DNA from: Kofleriaceae bacterium
GTDB taxonomy: Bacteria; Myxococcota_A; Polyangia; Haliangiales; Haliangiaceae
Length of the DNA stretch: 64,000 bases
Assembly (NCBI GenBank): GCA_965215005.1
Contig: CBDCCZ010000023.1
Coordinates: 64,001 to 128,000 of the forward strand
Reading direction: 5' to 3'
A program made the translations under genes and the position numbers. Position 1 is the stretch's first letter; every line of letters begins with the position of its first letter. Below the pieces are notes generated by a model, which saw only the letters and a program-made list of their open reading frames with translations, had not been told where the DNA came from and did no database searches. Positions 1-9,392 of this stretch are shown here, piece by piece.

Positions 1-261
1 AATGTGCCGGCGGGCTCGCGTTGGAAGGTCATCGGCATCAGCCGTGAGCAATGGCCGCTGTGCATGGCGGCGCTCAGCCTTGGCGGCGATATCCGCGTCG
101 GTTTGGAGGATAACTTCTACCTTCCAGATGGCGAGATGGCGCGCTCCAACGGCGATCTCGTGGACGCCGCGGCTCACATGGTGAAGCTCTCGGGTCGCAG
201 CGTTGCCAGTCTCGAAGAGACCAAGCAGCTTCTCTGGCCCAACGGCGACGGCAACTTCTAA
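1..261 (+). CDS. 3-keto-5-aminohexanoate cleavage enzyme (BKACE family), 3' part; truncated by window edge
   Basis: [27 protein letters not shown] is the typical C-terminal BKACE/DUF849 motif. Confidence 0.85.
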   Translation, partial: NVPAGSRWKVIGISREQWPLCMAALSLGGDIRVGLEDNFYLPDGEMARSNGDLVDAAAHMVKLSGRSVASLEETKQLLWPNGDGNF

Positions 262-276
262 CCGAGGACACGAGCC

Positions 277-1503
<1,227 letters not shown>

Positions 1504-1673
1504 ACTTCTATCCGCTCTGGATGCAGAGCCGGCGAAGGTCGCGTTGTCGCTGGACCGGAACCAGGGCTGCACGGGCTCGGCGATGCTCCAGCCCTCGGAG
1601 CGCGCGCAATTCAGAGGTTTTCGAGAGAGTGGTTCGCTTCTGGGCGTGACTGCGCTGACGGCGCCGCTTACAG

Positions 1674-2336
1674 CTAAACATGTGCCGGCGGCGAGGTGGC
1701 GCAGCGCTGGCAGACGTTGCCATCGCACGCAAGGCAGATGAAGCTTTCGCAACTCACGCACGGCAGCTGACAATCTCCACAGATGGAGTGACCGCTGGCG
1801 CAGCGCTCGAGCGCCACACTGCTCGCCGCGCAGTTGGCGCAGAGAGCGGCGACGGGCATCTGGGATGCATCCTCCAAGTCGACGAAGAACGGCTGCCGAT
1901 CGGTGGGAACTCGCATCGGGTGCTCGGCGACCCATTGCGCTGCCCGGCCGTTGAGCGGGCTCTTGAGATTGTAGCTCTGCAGCGCCAGCATCTCGCCCAC
2001 CCTTTGAATCAAGTTGTCGAGCGACTCGCTGGCAGTCCAGTGGTCGCCTATGCACACCGCGTGCGGCGCGATGTTCGGGTGGAAGACCGGCGTGAGCATG
2101 CGAAATACCGGGGCATCGCGCGGATATCCATGGCCAAGCACGACCTCCACCCGATGGTCGATGGCCTCCACGATCTGCCCGACAATTTCGCGCAGGGACG
2201 CCACTCGCAAGAGCAGCCGATACCGCTCCGGCGGATTGCCCTGCACGCCCTCGATGTCGATGCGCGGGTGCCGGGTGACCAGGCGTCGGACGGCTTCGTA
2301 ATCTGACTGTAGGCGCAACAAGCGGGCTCGGCTCAT
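1674..2336 (-). CDS. Ubiquitin-conjugating enzyme E2 (UBC-like) with C-terminal Cys-rich RING-like Zn finger
   Basis: RLQSDY...YPRDAP...TPVFHPNIAPHAVCIGDHW...PLNGRAAQW (UBC signature, HPN plus catalytic Cys); start MSRARL overlaps the upstream stop (ATGA). Confidence 0.9.
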   Translation of the reverse strand: MSRARLLRLQSDYEAVRRLVTRHPRIDIEGVQGNPPERYRLLLRVASLREIVGQIVEAIDHRVEVVLGHGYPRDAPVFRMLTPVFHPNIAPHAVCIGDHWTASESLDNLIQRVGEMLALQSYNLKSPLNGRAAQWVAEHPMRVPTDRQPFFVDLEDASQMPVAALCANCAASSVALERCASGHSICGDCQLPCVSCESFICLACDGNVCQRCATSPPAHV

Positions 2337-3592
2337 GGGTGAGGGACTCCGTTCGGGTTGAGCGCCGGCGCAACGAGGAGCTCCGGCAGCGCGTCTCGTT
2401 CGATGGCATCGACGAGCAGCTCCATGGTTGCGGCGGGTAGACTGATCCCCTTGGGGCCGTTCTCGAAGCGCGTCCACGTATTGAGACCGACCAGCTCGCC
2501 GTGCTCATTGTACAGGCCGCCGCCGCTGTCTCCGGGAATGACCGGCAGGTCGGTGAACAGCAGGCTGCATGCGCCAGCCGGGCTGTCGTAGGTTTTCTGG
2601 TGCAGAAGCAGCCCATGATGGACGAGCCAGCCATTGCGGTACGGGTTGGGTAGGAAATACAACCGCTCGCCCGGGGCCACGGCGTCGGCGGCGCGAGCCA
2701 CCACGACCGCTGCCGGCGGATCCTCGATGCCTACCTCGAGGAGCGCGAGGTCGAGCGGTGGTGGTGCCAACCAACGGACGTGGGCGGGGGCGTGGCGACC
2801 GTCGGCGAGCTGCAGCCAGACCGGCGCGATATCGGCCGGTTCCTTGGGCGAGGACACCGCAGCGCGCGGATCGACCACGTGACGATTGGTCACCACCCAG
2901 GCCCGCCGGTCCTCGGCGGCGACGACCACACCCATGCCCAGCGCCGAGTCGCGCGCATCGCCATCGACGGCGCCGGCGACGATCACCACGGTTGCATCCA
3001 CGACAGGTGCCTCCGCGGCCCACAATCCATGGCCGTAGGACCGCGCTGGCATGTCCAAATAGCGCAACGTGGAGCTGTTCGCGCCGAGCATGCCGAAGAC
3101 GCCAAGCAGCACGGCGGCGGCGCCGATCACCGACGCTGTGAGATACGCTGCCCGACGCGGGAGCCGAGCCATGCCCCGCCCGCGATGCAAGTAGAGCAGC
3201 AGCCCACCCAAGAGCAGCGCCGCGATGCCCGCGAGAAGCGCTCGCACCGCGCGCTGCTCCGCATGCGCCAGTAGCGACTCGAGCGGACCGAGCTCGAGCG
3301 GCTCTCGCATCGCCAACATCGCCAGCACGGCCAGCGCCGCGACCGTCGCCGCCGCCAGTGGCGCCAGCCAACCAGCGACGCGATGTGGCCAACGGCAGGT
3401 CTCGAGCTTGCGCCGTGCCCGCGCGGCGGCCTCGAGCGCGGCGGCATCGATGACCAATGGCTCATCGCTCCACGTCTGCCAGGCGGCCGCGGAGCGGCAC
3501 GCCGCACACGATTCCCCCGCGACCAGCCGCACCACCGATCGGACGCCGCAGGAGGGGCACCGATCGATGCGGGCCGGGGACGCTGCGCCCAC
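2333..3592 (-). CDS. Membrane-anchored trypsin-like (S1) serine protease with N-terminal Zn ribbon and ~3 TM helices
   Basis: VVTNRHVV (His), LDLALL (Asp), PGDSGGG (Ser); CPSC...CAAC; hydrophobic segments; GTG start inferred. Confidence 0.85.
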   Translation of the reverse strand: MGAASPARIDRCPSCGVRSVVRLVAGESCAACRSAAAWQTWSDEPLVIDAAALEAAARARRKLETCRWPHRVAGWLAPLAAATVAALAVLAMLAMREPLELGPLESLLAHAEQRAVRALLAGIAALLLGGLLLYLHRGRGMARLPRRAAYLTASVIGAAAVLLGVFGMLGANSSTLRYLDMPARSYGHGLWAAEAPVVDATVVIVAGAVDGDARDSALGMGVVVAAEDRRAWVVTNRHVVDPRAAVSSPKEPADIAPVWLQLADGRHAPAHVRWLAPPPLDLALLEVGIEDPPAAVVVARAADAVAPGERLYFLPNPYRNGWLVHHGLLLHQKTYDSPAGACSLLFTDLPVIPGDSGGGLYNEHGELVGLNTWTRFENGPKGISLPAATMELLVDAIERDALPELLVAPALNPNGVPHP

Positions 3593-3593
3593 C

Positions 3594-4130
3594 TCAGAGC
3601 CCCAGCGCCAACAGCAAGCCGACCAATGCGTAGACGCCGCCGATGGTGGCGCTGCCATAGCCGATGGCCAGGTAGGTGCCGTTCTCGCCCTCTAAGAGGC
3701 GGCGTTTGAGGTACGCATACACCCCAGCGATGGTGCCGGACAGCGGCGCGACCACCCCGGCGAGACTGATCACGAACAGCACCGTGAGCCAGCGCTTGGC
3801 CTTGGCGATGGCGCTCTGCTCGGCGAGCCAGCCGCGATATTCGGATTCGGTCATCGGGTCGGCGTATGGGAATCGCGCTCCGCAGGTGCACAACAGCAAG
3901 CTTGCGGCGATCTCGTCATCGCAGCGGGGACACTGTTTGCTATCGCCCCAGCCGAGCGAGACGCTGGTCGGCGGCGTCGGCTTCTCGGCCACCGCCGCGT
4001 GCTCACATCCGTAGGTTCCGCAGCCGCCGATGTCCTCCCAACAGCGCTGGTGATACACCTGCGTGCACGAATCGCACTGAGTGTCGGCTTCGCCTTCGGC
4101 GATCTTCGTGTAACAAATCGCGCAGCGCAT
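3594..4130 (-). CDS. Prokaryotic RING-like (E3-like) protein with Zn ribbon and C-terminal TM helices
   Basis: CAIC-x13-CDSC-x4-HQRCW-x5-C-x4-C pattern (Prok-RING type); CPRC...CTCG ribbon; hydrophobic C-terminus. Confidence 0.8.
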   Translation of the reverse strand: MRCAICYTKIAEGEADTQCDSCTQVYHQRCWEDIGGCGTYGCEHAAVAEKPTPPTSVSLGWGDSKQCPRCDDEIAASLLLCTCGARFPYADPMTESEYRGWLAEQSAIAKAKRWLTVLFVISLAGVVAPLSGTIAGVYAYLKRRLLEGENGTYLAIGYGSATIGGVYALVGLLLALGL

Positions 4131-4157
4131 GATCGATTGCCTTTCTCGTTGCACAAG

Positions 4158-4574
4158 CTACGGGGTGGCGCTGCCGGCCAGGAGCGAACGCGCCAGCCCT
4201 AGGAACACGACGGCGACCGCAATCGCCTGCATCCACCAGCGCACCGCAGGTCGATCCGCTAGCGCCGGCGCGCGGCGCGCCAGTGCCATGAAGGCGGTGA
4301 GCGCAAAGATTCCCATCGCCAAGAACAACATCGGTCCTGCCGGATGCCAGATGAACGCGGCACCGATGTCACCATGCGCTAGCGCCACGAAGCTGCGGGT
4401 GAGACCGCAGGTAGGGCAAGGCACGCTCAACCACTGGCGCAGCCAGCACGCGGGACCCATGGCAGCGCCGTTAGGCGCGGCCACCTCGGCTCCCACGGGC
4501 ACCAGCAGCCGCGCCGCGATCAACGTCAGCGCGAAGCCGTTCGCCAGCACCAGGTCGAGCGCGTGGTCTTTCAC
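4158..4574 (-). CDS. DUF2752-family membrane protein
   Basis: CWLRQWLSVPCPTCGLTRSF...GDIGAAF..HP motif; GTGA overlap with upstream gene. Confidence 0.85.
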   Translation of the reverse strand: MKDHALDLVLANGFALTLIAARLLVPVGAEVAAPNGAAMGPACWLRQWLSVPCPTCGLTRSFVALAHGDIGAAFIWHPAGPMLFLAMGIFALTAFMALARRAPALADRPAVRWWMQAIAVAVVFLGLARSLLAGSATP

Positions 4575-5149
4575 ACGCCTGTTAATCGCAGTACCAACGC
4601 GACTCCCCATAACACCAGCGCGATGATTCCGATGATCTGACCGGCGGTGGCGTAGCCCTCACCTTTGAGCTCGGGATTGGCGGCGATGAGCTCTTTGGCC
4701 TCCTTGCCCTTCACGAATGCGACGATGCCGAGGATCATGCCGCAGACGAACAGCCCGGCGATGCCGAAGATCAATGAGCTGACGGCCCCTGGAGCGTTCT
4801 TCGGCTGAGAACCGGAAAGTCCATCGGGGCGGTCCAAGCGATAACAGCGCGCACACGCGGGGTCATCCGCGGGCGTCTGGCCGCCGCAGTGCCGGCAGAA
4901 GCGATTCCCGGGTGTCAACTGCGCCTCCGCTGCCGCCGCGCTCACCTCCGGCGCGAGCTGGCGAAGCGGCGCGTTTTGGCAACTCACGGTCGCGCAGCCC
5001 TGCTTCTCGTCCCAGCACGTGGCGTGCGCCGGCGACTCGCAGGACGTACAGACTGCGCAGTCGACACCGAGGGACAGAGGCGACTGGCACCAGCCGCACG
5101 GTTGCCCATGCAATTTCACGTTCGCTCGCAATCGTCGACTCGATTCCAT
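4571..5149 (-). CDS. Prokaryotic RING-like domain + Zn ribbon + DUF4190 TM domain protein
   Basis: CGWC...CTSCESPAHATCW...C....C; CRHC...CARC; AVSSLIFGI...KGEGYATAGQIIG (DUF4190); AGGGAG RBS before ATG 5149 (alternative GTG 5170). Confidence 0.8.
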   Translation of the reverse strand: MESSRRLRANVKLHGQPCGWCQSPLSLGVDCAVCTSCESPAHATCWDEKQGCATVSCQNAPLRQLAPEVSAAAAEAQLTPGNRFCRHCGGQTPADDPACARCYRLDRPDGLSGSQPKNAPGAVSSLIFGIAGLFVCGMILGIVAFVKGKEAKELIAANPELKGEGYATAGQIIGIIALVLWGVALVLRLTGV

Positions 5150-5244
5150 CTCGATCTCCCTTGTATCCACCTGGTTGCGCTGCGCGATGACTGGCCATCA
5201 GTGGCCCCCAACGGGCGCAACCGCGCAGTCAACCGGCCGCCTTA

Positions 5245-6606
5245 CTAGCGGTCGTGGCTTTGTCGCTCCTCGAACTCGAGCACTGTGCCGCCGAGTACGA
5301 GCTGATCCCCGGAGGTGAGCCGGGCGCGCCGCACCTGCCGGCCGGCGATGCGCGTGCCGGCGCGGCTGCCGTCATCTTCGAGCTCGTAGGCGTTGCCGAC
5401 TCGATGGATGATGGCGTGGCGGCCGTCGATCTCAGCATCCTTAAACAGATAGATGTCGGCGTCCGGAGAGCTGCCGATGACGGTGGGCGTCTTGTAGAGC
5501 ACGAACGACTTGCCGGCGAGCGGGCCGGTGCGCACGCGCAGCCAAGCTTCGCGCGAGAGGCGCTCGACCAGCGCCACGAACAAGCCGACCATGAGCCCAA
5601 CGGCGAGCAAGCCGATCAGGCGAGAGAGGCCCGCGTCCGCGAACGCCGACTGCGGGATGAAGCGGTCGATCGGATCAAAGAACATGCCTCCGACCGCACC
5701 GCCCATTGCGCCGCCGACCACCGAATTGCGCAGCTGCTTTTTGGTGGTCCTGGCGATGTTCATGCCCAAGCCGAGCGCCGCCCCAATCACCGCCCACGCG
5801 GCGCTGCGCAGCGCCATCATGCCCAAGAACGCCCATGGCGCCACGGCTTCGGGGTTGACGAAGAAGGCGTCTTCGGGCGTGCCGGCTAGGGCCAGCGGAT
5901 CGAAGAACTGGAAGATGACGCCGGCTGGGACCATACCGGCAAACGACAGCACCAGCGCCAAGAACGAACCAACGATGGTACGGGACACCATGCGCGACCA
6001 ATTCCGGGTCGACAGGCCCTCGGCCAAGAGCAGGAAGAACGCTACAGCGACACCAGTGAGCGGGAACAAGAGCATCAGCGGCCAATCGAGCTCGCTCTGC
6101 TGGTGATCGCGGACGCCGTTCGCGTAGCCTGGCGACACCGGCCGCAGCGCCGTGGCCACCATGCTCGCTCCGGCGCCTTCGCTCGTGTAGCCGACCGCCT
6201 CGATGGTGACGCCGGTGTCGAGCTCCTCGAAGGAGAGCGCCGCCTCGTCCTCGGGTCCCGGCAACAGCTCGGTCACGCCCTCGACAATGATCACCTCGGT
6301 GGTGTTGACGGTGAGGGAGATCGCGTCGCCTTCGGTGAGGAACGGGTCGCCGTTGAACAGCGAGATCTGCCCGGCGACCCGGGCGTAGTCGTCGATCTTC
6401 GGCTCGAGGAATGCGTAGACGAGCAGCGCCCCGAGCAGCGCCGCCAGCGGCAGATAAAAGAGGCTGTTGTTCCAGAGGCGCCGCAGGGGCGAGATCGGCT
6501 GCTGCGGCGGCGCTGCGCGACCCTGCAGCGCACGGCTCCGCGCCAGCGCTTCATCCACCCCTTTGCTGAACAGCTCGTCGCGGCCGATATCGATTCGCTC
6601 GCTCAT
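5245..6606 (-). CDS. Polytopic membrane protein with C-terminal FHA domain
   Basis: Multiple TM segments; AWLRVRTGPLAGKSFVL...IGSSPDADIYL...RHAII...LTSGDQLVLG FHA fold pattern; GAGG RBS. Confidence 0.85.
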   Translation of the reverse strand: MSERIDIGRDELFSKGVDEALARSRALQGRAAPPQQPISPLRRLWNNSLFYLPLAALLGALLVYAFLEPKIDDYARVAGQISLFNGDPFLTEGDAISLTVNTTEVIIVEGVTELLPGPEDEAALSFEELDTGVTIEAVGYTSEGAGASMVATALRPVSPGYANGVRDHQQSELDWPLMLLFPLTGVAVAFFLLLAEGLSTRNWSRMVSRTIVGSFLALVLSFAGMVPAGVIFQFFDPLALAGTPEDAFFVNPEAVAPWAFLGMMALRSAAWAVIGAALGLGMNIARTTKKQLRNSVVGGAMGGAVGGMFFDPIDRFIPQSAFADAGLSRLIGLLAVGLMVGLFVALVERLSREAWLRVRTGPLAGKSFVLYKTPTVIGSSPDADIYLFKDAEIDGRHAIIHRVGNAYELEDDGSRAGTRIAGRQVRRARLTSGDQLVLGGTVLEFEERQSHDR

Positions 6607-6608
6607 GG

Positions 6609-7853
6609 CTACCGTACCTCGCTGCGAGGGGATGGTTTGGCGATAGCGCCGGCACCCGTCGCTGCCGCCCCGGCCTCGCGATAGCGAGCGGCGTTGCCGG
6701 GATCGATCTTCGTCGCAACTGCCAGCAGCCGTCGCGCTCGCGCCGAATCGCCGGCAGCGACCGCTTCCCGCGCATTCTCCAAGTAGAGGTTGCCAAGGGC
6801 GGTGCGATACAGCGCCATCTCCTGCTCGAGCTGCCGCTCACCGCGGCTCTTACGCGACGCTGCACGTTCGAGCTCGCGCAGGAAAACGCTGGCGCTCGCA
6901 TATTGCTTGCGTGTGCGATCGAGGGCGTCGCGCGCGGCGGCCAGACGCTCACGCGGCAGCGCGTCCTCGGCATCTTCATTGAGCGCGGTCTCGGCGGACG
7001 CGAGCAGCGCCGCCGCTTCACCCAGTTGGCGATCGAGCGCCTCTTTGTCCATGGTGGCTCGCCAGACTCGCAACAGCTCGTTTTCCAGCTCGCCGATGGC
7101 GTCGGCGGCGCTGCTGATGGCGGCGCGATCGGCTGTCGGCGGCCCCTCGAGCGGAGCGCGCCGCAGGACCCAAAACCACAGCACGGCGCCGCACACGCTG
7201 AGAATCGCGGCAAACGCGGCGATCCCGAGCCAATCGGCACCGCGCGGCGGAGCCTCGGCGGGCGCGGCAGCATTTGGGCTGCGCTCGGCGACGTCAGAGA
7301 TCGGGGCGGAGACGCTGCGGTCGCCATCCCAACTGTGCGGATGGCCATCTACCCAATACAGCCGCGCCCGCCGCAGCTCGCCCCGCTGCCAGGTGAACGT
7401 GCCATGATCCTTGCTGCGCGGGTCATAGACGAAGGCGATTTGAAACGGGAGATTAAAGAAGCTCTGGTGGATGAACTGATCGCGGTCGGATAGGAACACG
7501 CCAAACCCGGGATGCGTGTGCCACCAGCCGACCACCGTTTTGTTCTTGTGCTTATCGTCGAGCTCTCGATTGATGTGATCCCACGTTTTGTGGGTAAAGG
7601 TTAGCTCGGCGGCCTTCTCGTCAGCGTGCAGCGCGTCAATGGAGGCATCGATGTGAATGTAAGGGCCGGCGTCGTCTCGGCGCACTTCGCCGACCAACAC
7701 GCCGCCGACCTCGCGGTCGAGCTCAGCATTGCCGCGGGCAATGATTTGGTCGAAGACCGCCTCGTCGATGAAGATGCGGAAGTCCATGCGCCCCGCTGGT
7801 GCGGGCCGATGGCGCAGCGTCGTGGTTTCGATCGCTCGGGCATCAAGCTGCAT
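6609..7853 (-). CDS. JAB/MPN (JAMM) metallo-isopeptidase with TM helix, coiled coil and TPR-like C-terminus
   Basis: EVGGVLVG...VVGWWHTHPGFGVFLSDRD (E...HxH...S..D); TM WLGIAAFAAILSVCGAVLWFWVL; GGAGG RBS before ATG 7853. Confidence 0.9.
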   Translation of the reverse strand: MQLDARAIETTTLRHRPAPAGRMDFRIFIDEAVFDQIIARGNAELDREVGGVLVGEVRRDDAGPYIHIDASIDALHADEKAAELTFTHKTWDHINRELDDKHKNKTVVGWWHTHPGFGVFLSDRDQFIHQSFFNLPFQIAFVYDPRSKDHGTFTWQRGELRRARLYWVDGHPHSWDGDRSVSAPISDVAERSPNAAAPAEAPPRGADWLGIAAFAAILSVCGAVLWFWVLRRAPLEGPPTADRAAISSAADAIGELENELLRVWRATMDKEALDRQLGEAAALLASAETALNEDAEDALPRERLAAARDALDRTRKQYASASVFLRELERAASRKSRGERQLEQEMALYRTALGNLYLENAREAVAAGDSARARRLLAVATKIDPGNAARYREAGAAATGAGAIAKPSPRSEVR

Positions 7854-9081
7854 GGGGCACCTCCGCATCGAGCCATCTCCGCCAGCCGGCGTCGGCATCC
7901 ATCAGGGCGGCTTCGGCGTCGCCCGCCAGGAGCCAGTGCTCCTCGGCCTCGAGACCGCGGCGTGCGACGACGATGTCGAAGGGCGGCACACCGATATCAG
8001 CGAGCGTTCGCTGTGGGTCGAGCTGGCTGACGCGCGATAGCGAGCTCGTGAAGTCGACGACGCAGTGGACGCCGCAGTGGTGGCAGCGAGCATCTGCCTC
8101 GGTGAGAGTCCCGAGGGCGGCACCGCAGGCGCGTTGCCACGAGCAGGCCGGACAACGCATCGAGGTAGCCACATCCCGCGACAGCTCGATGACGGCGCCA
8201 TCGCCAAGGCGGGATTGAGCCCGGTCCAGGAGCTGCGCGATGGTGGTTTGCGCGGCACCCAGCTCGACCCGCGTCGGCCCTGGCAGCACCTCGTGGGCCG
8301 GACAGCTGGGCTTGCGGGGGTAGCGAACGCGGTTCACCTGCGCCAATAGGCCATCGACATGCAGTCCTTCGCCAATCAAGACTGGCTGCCCGTGCAGGTG
8401 TTTGATGGCTTCCTGCACTTGCAGGGCGCCGATGATGGAGGCGGCCACGGCGCTGGTTGGCGCGTGACCGCGCGCGGCCGCGTTGCGAGCCAGCATCGCG
8501 CACGAGCGCCGCTCAGCCAGGATCTGTCGATCCACCGCGTTCATCGTGCACTCGTAGCAGGCCGAGTTGCCGGGATCGAAGGCGCGAACGACGCCGGCGA
8601 AGCCTTCGATGGCGCCGTCAATCCACACGCGGCCCAGACGCGCCGCCACGGCGTTGATGAAGACCCGAGCCTCGCGATTATCGACCGCGCCGATGATGAC
8701 GTCGGCCCAGGCCAGCACTCCCAAGCCAGCGCTCAATACGTTGTCGGCGCGGGCACTCACCTGTACCGACGGATTGAGCTCACGCATCCGCTGCGCTGCG
8801 ACTTCGGCTTTGTAGCGACCCTCGTCGCCGTCGCGGAACAACACGCTGCGCGATAAGTTGGAGCGTTCAATGCGATCGCCATCGAAGACGAGGACGTGAC
8901 CAACGCCGACCAGCGCGAGCAGCTTGAGCACCTCGTTGCCGATGGCACCAGCGCCGACGACGACGACGCGGGCGCGGCCTACCCGCTCCTGCTCCCACCA
9001 CGAAATCAACGTCTGCCGGTGATAGCGCTCGTCGACCTCCTGGCCGTCGATGGCGCTCGCCGCGGCCCCTTCAGTAGACAC
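7843..9081 (-). CDS. Ubiquitin-activating E1-like (ThiF-family) enzyme with C-terminal Zn ribbon
   Basis: RYHRQ, VVGAGAIGNE, DRIERSNLSR, DNREAR, CYEC...RRSC (putative catalytic Cys), CPAH, CPAC...CHHC. Confidence 0.9.
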   Translation of the reverse strand: MSTEGAAASAIDGQEVDERYHRQTLISWWEQERVGRARVVVVGAGAIGNEVLKLLALVGVGHVLVFDGDRIERSNLSRSVLFRDGDEGRYKAEVAAQRMRELNPSVQVSARADNVLSAGLGVLAWADVIIGAVDNREARVFINAVAARLGRVWIDGAIEGFAGVVRAFDPGNSACYECTMNAVDRQILAERRSCAMLARNAAARGHAPTSAVAASIIGALQVQEAIKHLHGQPVLIGEGLHVDGLLAQVNRVRYPRKPSCPAHEVLPGPTRVELGAAQTTIAQLLDRAQSRLGDGAVIELSRDVATSMRCPACSWQRACGAALGTLTEADARCHHCGVHCVVDFTSSLSRVSQLDPQRTLADIGVPPFDIVVARRGLEAEEHWLLAGDAEAALMDADAGWRRWLDAEVPHAA

Positions 9082-9346
9082 CGGCAGTTATCTCCGGCTG
9101 AATTCGCACGACGTCGCCGTCCACCACCTCCTGGGCCAGGAGCGTGGCCTCGTCAAGGAGCTGCATACCCAGGCGCCGATGGTGCAGCTTATAGCTCATG
9201 AGCTGGCCATCCGGTGCGTGCTTTGGCAATTGCAGCTTGTCCGCCAGCACATAGAGGATGCGCTCGACCTCGACGTCATCAGGAACTCTCACCGTGACCT
9301 TCTTGTTACCGGTGATGTCCCACACCATGAGATCCAAATCCGCCAC
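9071..9346 (-). CDS. Ubiquitin-like (beta-grasp, EsaB/YukD-like) protein
   Basis: 91 aa; ...TLLAQEVVDGDVVRIQPEITAGVY resembles the Ub 'TL..v.dgd.l.l' C-terminal pattern; GGGAGG RBS; first gene of the E1/JAB/E2 operon. Confidence 0.85.
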   Translation of the reverse strand: MADLDLMVWDITGNKKVTVRVPDDVEVERILYVLADKLQLPKHAPDGQLMSYKLHHRRLGMQLLDEATLLAQEVVDGDVVRIQPEITAGVY

Positions 9347-9370
9347 GCGTCCTCCCTCGCTCGGTTCGGC

Positions 9371-9392
9371 GCCTCACCCGTAGAGGTGAGGC
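9371..9392. promoter_or_regulatory. 8-bp inverted repeat just upstream of the Ubl RBS
   Basis: GCCTCACC-cgtaga-GGTGAGGC. Confidence 0.35.

Noticed and set aside
7843..9346. ThiF/MoeB plus ThiS/MoaD sulfur-carrier pathway
   Set aside because: No thiamine, molybdopterin or cysteine synthesis genes nearby; the operon contains E2 and RING proteins, which point to conjugation
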